From Candidatus Micrarchaeota archaeon (GTDB lineage: Archaea > B1Sed10-29 > B47-G15): a stretch of DNA of 64,000 bases. Under the pieces are notes generated by a model. That model was not told the origin of the DNA, searched no databases, and worked only from the letters and a program-made list of their open reading frames with translations. The stretch covers positions 9,963-73,962 of the forward strand of contig QMVG01000005.1 of the NCBI GenBank assembly GCA_003660975.1. The letters run 5' to 3'. The position numbers and the translations under genes were made by a program. Numbering within the stretch: position 1 is the stretch's first letter; the number at the start of each line of letters is the position of its first letter. Shown here piece by piece: positions 1 to 9,480 of the stretch.

Positions 1-416
1 AAGCTTTTGTTTTCTATGCTTTTCTCAAAACTGGTCCTGTTTTTTCCCATTCTGCTGATGCTCTCTTCCATATATGTCTCTGCTTTGCTCATGTTCATTG
101 AATAACCATGGGAAATAGCATCTTGGTAAACCAATATCCTATCTATTATGTAATCAGGCGGCACCTGTGATTTATATGACTCATCAACACCATTTACAAA
201 GAGCAGCATATCTACCTGCTTATTGTAATCAGAGAGGCTGAGTTTATAGCCATTTATCTCTGCAAACAATTGGACAGGACTCTCATTTTCCACAGGGTTT
301 ACTGAACAGCTGTTGCCCTCACAAGGAGAAGAGGCAGGACTCACGGACAGAGCATAGAGTAAAAAAGAAGCCCCTATTAGCATGATAGCAACTGCAATGT
401 AGCCTTCCTTTTTCAT
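1..416 (-). CDS. Secreted/membrane-anchored protein with SurA/PrsA N-terminal-like domain (3' end runs off window)
   Basis: Manual translation from ATG at 416: MKKEGYIAVAIMLIGASFLLYALS...LFAEINGYKLSLSDY...IIDRILVYQDAISHGY. Signal/TM segment plus AxxNG...LxyQxA pattern of SurA-N domains; absent from the ORF track because it is truncated. Confidence 0.5.
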   Translation of the reverse strand, partial: MKKEGYIAVAIMLIGASFLLYALSVSPASSPCEGNSCSVNPVENESPVQLFAEINGYKLSLSDYNKQVDMLLFVNGVDESYKSQVPPDYIIDRILVYQDAISHGYSMNMSKAETYMEESISRMGKNRTSFEKSIENKS

Positions 417-462
417 ACGAAAGAACTCTCAAAATTTGATGTTATTTTTCTGTTTTTGCCTT

Positions 463-1686
463 TTATAAGCTTGTTGGTATCTCGCCATATTCACTCTCTC
501 TTGGTATTATCTTTGCCATCAGCTTCCCTTCCAGGTCCTGTAAGACATTCATGAAGTTCATAAATGCGTAGTATGGCGACTCCACGTGCTCTGAGAAGTA
601 CTTGTGTATGTCACCATCAGACCACCATTTAGTGCACATATAATAGATATGGTCACTTGTCTGCAATCTTCTCCAAGCCTCTTTTAATTTGATGTCTCTT
701 GCCCTCTTCACATATGACTCCAGAGCTTTTAACTTATTGAAGGCTGTTTTCTGCATCTCATTGCCGAGCCAAGCAGATAAGTCCCTGTCCATATCAGCCC
801 ATGAGCTGTAATAAGGCACGTCTATCTCATCAACTGCCTTCATTTTTATGAGCTCATTTATGCCTACAAAATCAAGGTGCTCATAGGCAAGCACGTGTTC
901 TGGCAAGTGCCTCATGAAATCAAAAATTCCCGTTTCCTTCCACTGATGCTCTCCAAACGTCTCATAGTCCATAAAGAGGTTTATCACCTCTCCAGGACTT
1001 GCTGCCAGCCACGCAGCATACTTATCTGCTGTTAGCGGAAATTCTTCCCAATACGGTGTTGAAAACCTAAATGAAATGTCATCTGAGAGCTTGTAGTTTC
1101 TCAGGAAGAGTTTTATCTTGCTGCCTTTTGCCTGGTAGACATAGTTCGGAGAGCGCCAGCCTAGGTATGAGTGCCAGCCTTCAGCCACTATGCCTTTATA
1201 ACCCAAATCCTTTACTGTTCTTGCAATGTCATTTGAATACATAGCCTCAGTGTTTCTGAAAACCTTTGGCTTGTAATTGAAAAGCTCCTTAAAGAGCTTC
1301 CTGTGCATCTTTACCTGCTCTTTGAACTCCTCTTCGCTTATCAAATAGGCAAGGGAATGGTAATATGTCTCGTCTAAGAGGTCTACATGCCCTGTTTTTA
1401 CCAGGTCCTGGAAGCTTTGTATCAATTCTGGTTCAAATTCCTGTGCCTGTTCTATCCAGGTGCCTGTGATACTGAACGAGACCTTAAACTTCCCCTCGTA
1501 TTTCTCTATTAAGTCAAGAAGCAATCTATTGCTCGGAAAATAGCATTTTCTTGCAGCTCTCAGGAATATCTCCTTATTGAGCTTTTTGTCGAAATACTCT
1601 GTTCCATTGCCTATATCAAAGACAGAGTACTGTCTCAACCTGTGCGGCTGATGGACGTGAAAGTACATAACTACATGTGTCATCAT
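463..1686 (-). CDS. Glycoside hydrolase family 57 (alpha-amylase-like)
   Basis: HVHQP, ETYYHSL, FRNTE (nucleophile), MDYETFGEHQW and SSWAD motifs of GH57. Confidence 0.92.
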   Translation of the reverse strand: MMTHVVMYFHVHQPHRLRQYSVFDIGNGTEYFDKKLNKEIFLRAARKCYFPSNRLLLDLIEKYEGKFKVSFSITGTWIEQAQEFEPELIQSFQDLVKTGHVDLLDETYYHSLAYLISEEEFKEQVKMHRKLFKELFNYKPKVFRNTEAMYSNDIARTVKDLGYKGIVAEGWHSYLGWRSPNYVYQAKGSKIKLFLRNYKLSDDISFRFSTPYWEEFPLTADKYAAWLAASPGEVINLFMDYETFGEHQWKETGIFDFMRHLPEHVLAYEHLDFVGINELIKMKAVDEIDVPYYSSWADMDRDLSAWLGNEMQKTAFNKLKALESYVKRARDIKLKEAWRRLQTSDHIYYMCTKWWSDGDIHKYFSEHVESPYYAFMNFMNVLQDLEGKLMAKIIPRESEYGEIPTSL

Positions 1687-1688
1687 TA

Positions 1689-2819
1689 TCACCCGTAAAC
1701 TGCCATTTTATAGGCCTTTATTGTCTCTTCAGCTATTTTGTCCCATGTGAGGTGTTTTATCTCTTTTTTGCCATTCCTTGACATCTCCCTCGCCATTGGT
1801 GGGTACATGAGAAGCCCAAGTATAAGCTCAGCCATCTTATTTACATCCCAGAAATCCACCTTGAACGCACTCCTGACAACCTCTGATGCCCCTGACTCTT
1901 TGCTTATGACAACAGGGGTGCCTGCTGCCACTGCTTCAAGCACTGTTATGCCAAATGGTTCAGAGACGCTCGGAAGCACGTAAACATCACTTATCGCATA
2001 ATATTTTGGCTTTTCCTCTTCAGGCACGAAGCCAAGAAACATTACCTTGTCTGAGATGCCCAGGTCTATTGCCTGCTTTATCAACTGAGGCAGCATATCT
2101 CCTGTACCTGCTATAAGGAATTTGACATTTCTAAACCTCTCCACAACCTTCTTGGCTGCATTTAGGAAGTAATCAGGCCCTTTCTGGACGAAAAGCCTTC
2201 CGAGGTACAGGACTATCTTGCTGTTGCCTAAGCCGTGCTCTCTCCTGAATTGCTGTTCAAACCTCTCCTGGTCAACTGCGTTGTATATGACAACTATTTT
2301 GCGCGGGTCAACTCCTAATTTTTCCACTAGGTTTCTCTTCATATAATAGGAATTGGCAATTATCAGGTCAGCGTTATAATAGCCTGTTTTTTCTTTCTCC
2401 ACAATGTAGCTCCATGGGTCATGCGGTGTTCTCATGTACTCAATGGCATGCGCATGGCAGATCAGGGGCTTTCCAGTGATCTTCTTCAATCTGACCGCTG
2501 CGTCAAAGACCATCCAGTCCTGGGCATGTATCACATCAAAGCTCTCGTGCAGGCACCTTTTTACAAGCAGATTATTGTAGTCCTCTATACTGCCTTTGAA
2601 CACCATTGCTTCTTTCTCATTGTATGAACCAAATTCAAATCCAGGACCTACTTCAACAACCTTGACGAAATCAGAGCGAACCTTCTTCATCCTTTTGGGA
2701 AGTACATAGATGACATCAATACCTTTAGCACTGAGCTGTTTGGTAAGCTCGTAGCAGTAGACTCCCAAGCCTCCTGTTATATACGGTGGGAATTCCCATC
2801 CCAATATAAGAACCCTCAT
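1689..2819 (-). CDS. GT4 glycosyltransferase, probable glycogen synthase
   Basis: WEFPP..GGLG, HAQDW, GRL..QKG, SEPFGITVLEA motifs; overlaps the GH57 gene. Confidence 0.88.
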   Translation of the reverse strand: MRVLILGWEFPPYITGGLGVYCYELTKQLSAKGIDVIYVLPKRMKKVRSDFVKVVEVGPGFEFGSYNEKEAMVFKGSIEDYNNLLVKRCLHESFDVIHAQDWMVFDAAVRLKKITGKPLICHAHAIEYMRTPHDPWSYIVEKEKTGYYNADLIIANSYYMKRNLVEKLGVDPRKIVVIYNAVDQERFEQQFRREHGLGNSKIVLYLGRLFVQKGPDYFLNAAKKVVERFRNVKFLIAGTGDMLPQLIKQAIDLGISDKVMFLGFVPEEEKPKYYAISDVYVLPSVSEPFGITVLEAVAAGTPVVISKESGASEVVRSAFKVDFWDVNKMAELILGLLMYPPMAREMSRNGKKEIKHLTWDKIAEETIKAYKMAVYG

Positions 2820-2831
2820 TTCAGCTCTCTC

Positions 2832-3710
2832 TTAAAGTTTTCCTTGTAGGTATTCTGCCGCTACCCTATTAGCGTACTCTGCTGTCTCTCGGAGCTCCCA
2901 GTTGTTCACAAGGCCCTTTATGAAGGCTGCATTGAAGGCATCCCCGCTTCCAACAGGGTTCTTAACAGTTAGCTTCACAGCAGGACTCTTAAAGCTCAAT
3001 TCCCTGCTGCACACATATGCGCCCTTTGCTCCTAGGTGTACCACCACCATCTTAGTGAATTTCATCAGTTTTGAGCATGCTGATGATATGCTTCTGCCAC
3101 CCATCAGTGAGAGCAGTTCTCTCTTGTTCAGGAAGAGAACATCGGCGTAGTTAAGAGCCCGGAACAACTGCTTCCTCCGTGCATCAGACCATCCCCTGTA
3201 ATTCCACCCGATCCCAAGGGATGTCTGCCTATTATTCTGTTTTTCGAACTTAAATAATGTTGTGTTCCCACCATTGAGTAGTAACTTGTTATGCCAGTAA
3301 CCTCCTCTAAATAGATGCTTTGAGGAAAGCAGCAGGGTTTTGTCTATGTCCTTAAGAGAGAGCAGCTCATTCACGCCGTTATCTGTGATAAATGCCCTAT
3401 CTCCTTTCTTCAGCCGTATGGCCATTGTAATTGCCGTCTTGCCCCTTTTCCTCACTAGATGCCTGTCAAGGCCTAGTTTTCCAAGCTCTGTTTTAAGCCA
3501 TTTGCCTGCGAAATCTCCAGCAATTGGGGCGATTAGAGCTGTTTTAAGCCCTATTTTAGTGCCTACAACAGCAGTATTTGTTGCCTCTCCTCCAATTTGA
3601 GCCCTTATCTTTGTGCTGAGCTGGGTCTCAGGACTTGGGTAATCTCCTATGTCCTCTGTAACCAAATCCAGGTTAAGGTCTCCCACGCAAAGCAAGTCAT
3701 ATTTGTCCAC
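2832..3710 (-). CDS. PfkB/ribokinase-family carbohydrate kinase
   Basis: GG.ATN N-terminal signature; NPVGSGDAFNAAF C-terminal signature. Confidence 0.85.
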   Translation of the reverse strand: MDKYDLLCVGDLNLDLVTEDIGDYPSPETQLSTKIRAQIGGEATNTAVVGTKIGLKTALIAPIAGDFAGKWLKTELGKLGLDRHLVRKRGKTAITMAIRLKKGDRAFITDNGVNELLSLKDIDKTLLLSSKHLFRGGYWHNKLLLNGGNTTLFKFEKQNNRQTSLGIGWNYRGWSDARRKQLFRALNYADVLFLNKRELLSLMGGRSISSACSKLMKFTKMVVVHLGAKGAYVCSRELSFKSPAVKLTVKNPVGSGDAFNAAFIKGLVNNWELRETAEYANRVAAEYLQGKL

Positions 3711-3728
3711 ATTCCCACCGAGTAGTAG

Positions 3729-4388
3729 TTACAACGATTCAAACAATTCTGCCAGGTCCTTAATTAGCTGCTTTTTGTTTTTGGACTTGGCAATCCATGA
3801 AGCCACCAGGATGCCCTTAGCACCTATCTGAAATGCCATTTCCACATCTTTAAGGCTGCTTATCCCGGCTCCGCACCACAGTGGAATCCTCTTCCTCCTG
3901 CCAAGAGTTGCAGCTTCTTCCAATACAGAGACCTTTGCCCTTGATACAGAAATGCCTGTTGCTATGAGCTCTGGAGGTTCATAGACAAGCACGTTTGGTC
4001 TTAGGGCAGAGATCTGCTTCAGGTCTGCCATATTATTTGCACAGCAAACAGTCATAAGCCTATTTTTCTTGCACATAGCTATCAGCTGCTTCAAGCTAGC
4101 TTTATCAAGCCTGTGTTCAGAGTGATTTAGAAGAGTCCCTTTGCAAGAAGCTTGCTTGATGGAGTAGGGACTTACAAAGCCAGTATGTCTTCCTGGCTCA
4201 ATCGGGTCAACGTGCTGAGAAAAAACAGCTATATTGGTATTCATACTTATTAAGGAGATATCCACCATCTGAGGTGCTACTCCTATATGTCTATCAGCGT
4301 ATTTTTCAATGATTTTTGCTAATTCAAGACCTTTTTTCCCACTTAGCTCTCTGTAAGTCTTATAATTTACAATTGCTTTTAGCTGCAT
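3729..4388 (-). CDS. tpiA: Triosephosphate isomerase (archaeal type)
   Basis: NYKTY, LLNHSE, YEPPELIATG and GAGIS motifs. Confidence 0.93.
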   Translation of the reverse strand: MQLKAIVNYKTYRELSGKKGLELAKIIEKYADRHIGVAPQMVDISLISMNTNIAVFSQHVDPIEPGRHTGFVSPYSIKQASCKGTLLNHSEHRLDKASLKQLIAMCKKNRLMTVCCANNMADLKQISALRPNVLVYEPPELIATGISVSRAKVSVLEEAATLGRRKRIPLWCGAGISSLKDVEMAFQIGAKGILVASWIAKSKNKKQLIKDLAELFESL

Positions 4389-4397
4389 TCCTATCCC

Positions 4398-4490
4398 TTA
4401 AGATACTACAAGAGTATATGCTGCAGCAACCACAACTATGCCTATAATTATACCAGCCCAGAGTTTTATGTTCTTCCACATCTTCTCCAT
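4398..4490 (-). CDS. Small 30-aa single-TM peptide
   Basis: MEKMWKNIKLWAGIIIGIVVVAAAYTLVVS* preceded by GGGTGGTGGT SD-like sequence; fills the pgk-tpiA gap. Confidence 0.55.
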   Translation of the reverse strand: MEKMWKNIKLWAGIIIGIVVVAAAYTLVVS

Positions 4491-4534
4491 ACCACCACCC
4501 CATAATAGCAAGGATTATAACTTTAAAAAGTTTG

Positions 4535-5749
4535 CTATCTAGCATAAAGTATTCTGAGGCCAGGCAATTCCCTTCCAGATAAGTAGTGTACCAGTGCACC
4601 TCCACCCATACAAACGTAATTAAACTGTTTTATGTTGAATTTAAGCATTTTTAGGGCCTCTATGGTGTTTCCGCCCCCTATGAATGAATGGCCAGCAGTG
4701 TTAGCAGCTGCCTTAAGCAATTCTCTTGTTCCTACCTCAAAGCCTTTGTTTTCATATATGCCTGCTGGTCCTTTGACAACAACAGTGCCTGCATTGTTTA
4801 TCTCTTTCGCATATCTCTTGTAGGTTCTTGTGCCTATATCCATTATCATGTAATTTGTAGGAAGCTCTGTAAGGCTTATCTCCTTTCTTCTGCCTCTCAC
4901 ACTTATTGCCAGGTCTACAGGTGTTCTTATCTTGTCTCCAAATCTCCCATAGAGCTTTTCAGCCCTCTCAAGGTACTGCATCCAGCCGCCCTCTTCGTGC
5001 TTTTTAAACGTTTTCTTTCCGAGCTCATATCCTTGAGCCATCAGAAACAGCTCTCCTGGCACTCCGCAGCTGAGCACAGCATCCATCTCTCCCTTGGGCA
5101 TCATATATTCCATTAAAGCAAAAACATCATCTGGCTTTCCTCCTCCCAGCACAAAGATATTTGGAGGCACTGCGTGCTTTTTTATCTCGTCAAGATATGT
5201 AACTGCCTTTTCCATTGCCCTGCCAGCAATGCATGGAAGTATGTGATAGAAGCCCACAACAGTAGCATGGCTTCTGTGACTTACGCTGAAGGCATCAAGA
5301 ACAAAGAGGTTTCCATAATATGCCAATGTCTGAATTAATGGGCTTTTAGCGTGTTCTTCAGGACTTTTCTCAAGCATCTCATATGGGTCTTTCCTGATAT
5401 TGTCAAGCATGATGACGTCTCCCTGCCTTAACCCTTTTATCGCCTTTATGGCTTTTTCTCCCCTTATGTCTGGAACAAATACAATCTTCTTTCCAACGTA
5501 TTTAGACAGTAATCTAGCATGTTGTTTTAAGTCAATGAAGTCTTTTGCACCAGGCCTCCCCTGGTGTGATATTAAAACTATTTTGGCCTTTTTCTTGATT
5601 AGCTCCTTTATAGTTTCTGCATGGGATTCAAATCTTGGGTGCTCTCTAATTTTTCCATTAGTAGAAACAGGAACATTTACGTCTATCCTAACCAAGGTTA
5701 CCTTGCCTTTGAAATCGTAATTATCCATCGTCTGTAGCATTTTGCTCAT
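4535..5749 (-). CDS. pgk: Phosphoglycerate kinase
   Basis: VRIDVNVP, SHQGRPG, DAFSVSHRSHA, GGGNT, GGGAL motifs. Confidence 0.95.
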   Translation of the reverse strand: MSKMLQTMDNYDFKGKVTLVRIDVNVPVSTNGKIREHPRFESHAETIKELIKKKAKIVLISHQGRPGAKDFIDLKQHARLLSKYVGKKIVFVPDIRGEKAIKAIKGLRQGDVIMLDNIRKDPYEMLEKSPEEHAKSPLIQTLAYYGNLFVLDAFSVSHRSHATVVGFYHILPCIAGRAMEKAVTYLDEIKKHAVPPNIFVLGGGKPDDVFALMEYMMPKGEMDAVLSCGVPGELFLMAQGYELGKKTFKKHEEGGWMQYLERAEKLYGRFGDKIRTPVDLAISVRGRRKEISLTELPTNYMIMDIGTRTYKRYAKEINNAGTVVVKGPAGIYENKGFEVGTRELLKAAANTAGHSFIGGGNTIEALKMLKFNIKQFNYVCMGGGALVHYLSGRELPGLRILYAR

Positions 5750-5752
5750 CTC

Positions 5753-6790
5753 TTAAGGTTTGCCGAAAATACCAAGAGACTCATTCGTCATTTTTATGCT
5801 CCTCATTGGGTCTTCCTCAATACCTGTTATAGCTCTTATAGCATCTATATTTTCTGGAATAACAATTGCCTCTGAATGCACTGCATGCATCCAGTACACT
5901 GTGTCCTCTTCAACTGTTACTGATTCATCCCAAATAACTGTCTCATACATGTCATATCTTGGTCTCAGTAAGTCTCTAAAGCGCTCTATTATAAGAGCAG
6001 TGTCTGAATAGCCGTCAGAGCCTTTTAATAACAGCACTCTAGGGGTGTTTGAGAGAATCTCCTTCACTTTTTCCTTCTCAGCATCAGCCTTTAGCTCAAC
6101 TGCTACCATATGTGTATGGGCCAAAGTAGTTGGAACTTTAACTGCCATTGTTTCGACTCTCAGGTCATGGATTATCGTTTGCAAGTCTGGGCCATGGTGT
6201 GAAGGAAGAGGTAAAACAGGCACTATGGCATTTATAGGGCCTTTTCTTGCATCCCACGGGTCCACAGCTCTTCTGACCAATGAAACAATTGCTCTTCTCA
6301 CATCAAAGTTCTGTTTTATAGCTCCTATAGTCCTTGCAAGAGAAGTAGTGTTACAGCTCACCACCCTTGTGCTTTTCTTATTGAAAGATTCCAAATAGTT
6401 TACATTTGCATTAAAACTGACCTCTGCTATACTCGCCTTTGCTCCACCCTCATAAACCTGTTTTACATTGTACTTTTCGTAGAGTCCTTTGTTTTTCTCT
6501 TCAATTCCTGCAGGTGTGGCATCAACTACTACATCAATTTCCCCTGAAGCCAGCACTTCCTCCAGCGTGCCCTCAGGATTTAAACCTGCTTCTGCCAGTG
6601 TGTTCTGGGCCTCTGGCAAGCTCGCGTAAAGCTTGACTCCTTTTAATGGACCATCAAGGACAGACCTAAGCACTGCTGTTGCTGAAACATCAGATACTCC
6701 TGCTAATGTCATGTCTTTTTGAAGCCTAACTGCGTGTGCAACTCTTTTTCCTATAGCACCGACGCCGTTTACAAGGACCTTGACTGTCAT
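5753..6790 (-). CDS. gap: Type II (archaeal) glyceraldehyde-3-phosphate dehydrogenase
   Basis: NGVGAIGKRVA, VVSCNTT catalytic Cys, SHHGPD, ENIDAIRA. Confidence 0.95.
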   Translation of the reverse strand: MTVKVLVNGVGAIGKRVAHAVRLQKDMTLAGVSDVSATAVLRSVLDGPLKGVKLYASLPEAQNTLAEAGLNPEGTLEEVLASGEIDVVVDATPAGIEEKNKGLYEKYNVKQVYEGGAKASIAEVSFNANVNYLESFNKKSTRVVSCNTTSLARTIGAIKQNFDVRRAIVSLVRRAVDPWDARKGPINAIVPVLPLPSHHGPDLQTIIHDLRVETMAVKVPTTLAHTHMVAVELKADAEKEKVKEILSNTPRVLLLKGSDGYSDTALIIERFRDLLRPRYDMYETVIWDESVTVEEDTVYWMHAVHSEAIVIPENIDAIRAITGIEEDPMRSIKMTNESLGIFGKP

Positions 6791-6844
6791 ATCAAAACAG
6801 AAGGAAGAAAGGATTTTTAAACATTGCTGTCATTATTCTTTTGT

Positions 6845-7057
6845 ATGGCTAAACTGGAAAGTAATCTGCGCTATATCTTAAAAGCAGATGAGATAAAGAT
6901 ACTCCTCTTTCTCGTGCTTGGTCTCTCTTTTGTGTCTATATTTACTATGCTTTGCTATAATTGCAATCCATTTCTGTACAACTTTGTCACGCTTTTGCTT
7001 TTGATTTCAGCATATCTGCTGAGCTGTATAATTATCTTTTGGGAGAGACACAGCTAA
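6845..7057 (+). CDS. Small two-TM hypothetical membrane protein
   Basis: Hydrophobic ORF filling the gap between gap and the aldolase; CxxC between the helices. Confidence 0.5.
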   Translation: MAKLESNLRYILKADEIKILLFLVLGLSFVSIFTMLCYNCNPFLYNFVTLLLLISAYLLSCIIIFWERHS

Positions 7058-7060
7058 AGC

Positions 7061-7774
7061 TCAGCGCTTCTTTTTGACTATCCTAACAACCTTTTTTAGA
7101 AATGAAACCGCATCATCTCTTGCCCAGACATTTCTCCCAACAGCAACACCTGCGGCCCCTGATTTCATGACTTCCTCAACTGTTTGTAAGTATACATCTC
7201 TATGTTCCAATTTTCCCCCAGAAGCGAAAACTGGCTTAAAGGCAGCTTTAACCACATTAGCAAAACCGCTGTTTTTTGGGTGATATGTCTTTATAAAGTC
7301 AAAACCGATTTCACTGCCAATCCTGGCCGCATACATTACATCTCTCTCATTATACCTCGTCGGAGTTCTTGGATAAACAATTCCCAAGACAGGCAGCTTT
7401 CTTTTATGCGCTTCCTCTTTTATATAGGCTGCCAATCTCAGCATATGCTGCTCGTCATTTGAACCTGGATATACAGTGCACGCAAACACATCTGGTTTAT
7501 ATCTCATAGCATCAGCTACTGTGGTATGCATCTCCTGCATCTCCCTTTTGCTGAGAGAGCTTTTTCCGGTTAGTTTTACAATCCTTACTAACTTTCCTGT
7601 ATTTCCAACTATTTCCCAGCTGCCGCTGTTCATCATTAGAGCATCTGCTCCTCCTTTTAGAGCTATCTTTGCTATTCGCTTAGGGTCCATATCCACATCT
7701 GGATATGACTGAGGCCCATGTTCAAAACCATGGTCAAATGCAATTATTACCGCAGGTGTTTTTAGCTTTCTCAT
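7061..7774 (-). CDS. fba: Class I (DhnA/archaeal-type) fructose-bisphosphate aldolase
   Basis: AFDHGFEHGP, YPR, D.IKT Schiff-base Lys, SGG, GRNVW. Confidence 0.88.
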   Translation of the reverse strand: MRKLKTPAVIIAFDHGFEHGPQSYPDVDMDPKRIAKIALKGGADALMMNSGSWEIVGNTGKLVRIVKLTGKSSLSKREMQEMHTTVADAMRYKPDVFACTVYPGSNDEQHMLRLAAYIKEEAHKRKLPVLGIVYPRTPTRYNERDVMYAARIGSEIGFDFIKTYHPKNSGFANVVKAAFKPVFASGGKLEHRDVYLQTVEEVMKSGAAGVAVGRNVWARDDAVSFLKKVVRIVKKKR

Positions 7775-8742
7775 ATGAACCTCGCCTTGAAACGTTTTAA
7801 TTGATACAGATTTGGAATGCCTTCCTGAGCGCCTGCCTTTGTTATTACCATAGCACTTAGCTTGGCTCCCAAATCCATCGATTCCTCAATATTTTGTGAA
7901 TGCAATTCACCGTAAATAAAGCCAGCTGCGTAGGCATCTCCTGCTCCTGTGGTATCTGCAACCTTTACCCTATACGCTCTGTGCTCGTAATACTTACCGT
8001 CAACATATGCGGCACTGCCTTTTGTTCCTCTAAGTACTACAACGGTCTTAGGCCCCATCGATGCTGCTTTTTCCATGGCTTTTTTCATATTTTTTTCACC
8101 CATCAAAGCAGAAATCTCCTCTTCATTCAGTATAAGCGTATTAGAATATTTCATGAGGTTCAGCAATGTTCTAGCTTTTTCTTTTATCATTGAGATGCTT
8201 GGGGCCAATGCCAGATAATTGTTGTTTTCCCTGCATATCCTGCCTGCTTTCAAGGCAGCATTAGCAGCTGTTAAGCTTGTCATGCTTGTTATTACAACTG
8301 CCTTTGAGTGTTTAATGAATGTGTCAGGAACATCCTGCGGATTTATGTGATTTAAGGCACCCCTGTCAATTACGAGCGTCTTTTCATTTTCATAACCTAC
8401 AAGGTTTATAGAAGCAGCTGTGTTCACTCCTATTGTTCTTTTAAGATATGTGGTATCAACATTAAGTTCTTTTAAGTGATTTATTATTATGTTCCCGTAA
8501 ACATCATCACCAACACGTGATATTACATATGTGTTTTCTCCTAATTTACTCAACGCTGAGGCGATGTTGCAAGCGCTACCACCAGGGTGAATTACAATGC
8601 TCTCTGCATTGTGTTTCGTTCCCTCTTCAATAGCAATAAATGTTTTTCCCTTACTTTTTATACTTCTGAATTCTTTTGACTTCACAGTCATGTCAACAGT
8701 AGCACTCCCTAAACAGACAATTCTATCCTCATTTTCTTGCAT
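7771..8742 (-). CDS. PfkB-family carbohydrate kinase (candidate phosphofructokinase)
   Basis: GGSACNIA and DTTGAGDAYAAGF signatures; overlaps the aldolase start. Confidence 0.88.
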   Translation of the reverse strand: MQENEDRIVCLGSATVDMTVKSKEFRSIKSKGKTFIAIEEGTKHNAESIVIHPGGSACNIASALSKLGENTYVISRVGDDVYGNIIINHLKELNVDTTYLKRTIGVNTAASINLVGYENEKTLVIDRGALNHINPQDVPDTFIKHSKAVVITSMTSLTAANAALKAGRICRENNNYLALAPSISMIKEKARTLLNLMKYSNTLILNEEEISALMGEKNMKKAMEKAASMGPKTVVVLRGTKGSAAYVDGKYYEHRAYRVKVADTTGAGDAYAAGFIYGELHSQNIEESMDLGAKLSAMVITKAGAQEGIPNLYQLKRFKARFI

Positions 8743-8858
8743 GTAACCACTCTCTAGTGATTTAAAATTTATGCTCCTTATAGTGATAATGAAGCAAAAG
8801 TATTTAAGTTTATTTGTTTAAATAATATTATCTACTTGGAGAGGTCGGAAGGGGTGTT

Positions 8859-9176
8859 ATGAGAAGTAAAAAAAGCAAAACTAGGAGAACTAAGAAAAAG
8901 GTCAGCAAAAAGGTCTCAAATGACAAAGCCTTCTACTTTAACACTTGGCAGGGCTTTACAGGTATAAAAGCCAAAAGTTTGGAAGAGTTTAAAAAAGCAA
9001 TAAAAGTGGTTCCAATTGAATCACTATATTATCATCTCAGGGAGGATAAGAACGACTTTTCAGCTTGGTTGAGAGGGGTGCTCAACGAAAAAAAGATTGC
9101 AGACGAGATAGACAAAATCAAGTCGGAGATGCTTGAAGGAGAGCATCTTAGAAGAGCGATTTACTTCCATCTTTGA
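8859..9176 (+). CDS. DUF5752-family protein
   Basis: AFYF...A.SLEEF...VPIESLYYH...NDFSAWLR.VL pattern. Confidence 0.75.
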   Translation: MRSKKSKTRRTKKKVSKKVSNDKAFYFNTWQGFTGIKAKSLEEFKKAIKVVPIESLYYHLREDKNDFSAWLRGVLNEKKIADEIDKIKSEMLEGEHLRRAIYFHL

Positions 9177-9186
9177 GGTGAAATGT

Positions 9187-9480
9187 ATGATGACCAGTTA
9201 TAAGAGATTAGGAGATAATAAAGCATTTTGGTTTTGCGATCCAAATGGCATTAGAATAGGGGATGTAGCCAGAAGCTTTACAGAATTCAAGAGAAAGTTG
9301 CGAATAGTTCCTTTGTCCTCTATTGAATATCACATGTACAGAGAGGAGATCAGCGACTTTGAAAAATGGCTCAGGAAGGTTTTGAGAAGGACAAAATATG
9401 CAAACAAGATAGCCAAGATAAGAGAAAGCAGAATATATGGAGAGGACCTGAGGAAAGCATTGTTGAGGGCACTTCGTTAA
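9187..9480 (+). CDS. DUF5752-family protein (paralogue)
   Basis: AFWF...A.SF.EF...VPLSSIEYH...SDFEKWLR.VL; GAGGTG SD before ATG 9187. Confidence 0.72.
   Translation: MMTSYKRLGDNKAFWFCDPNGIRIGDVARSFTEFKRKLRIVPLSSIEYHMYREEISDFEKWLRKVLRRTKYANKIAKIRESRIYGEDLRKALLRALR

Noticed and set aside
8744-8790. TrmB/TGM-like operator (GTGATA half sites) between the glycolytic genes
   Set aside because: Only half-site matches to TATCAC-N5-GTGATA; too weak in AT-rich DNA
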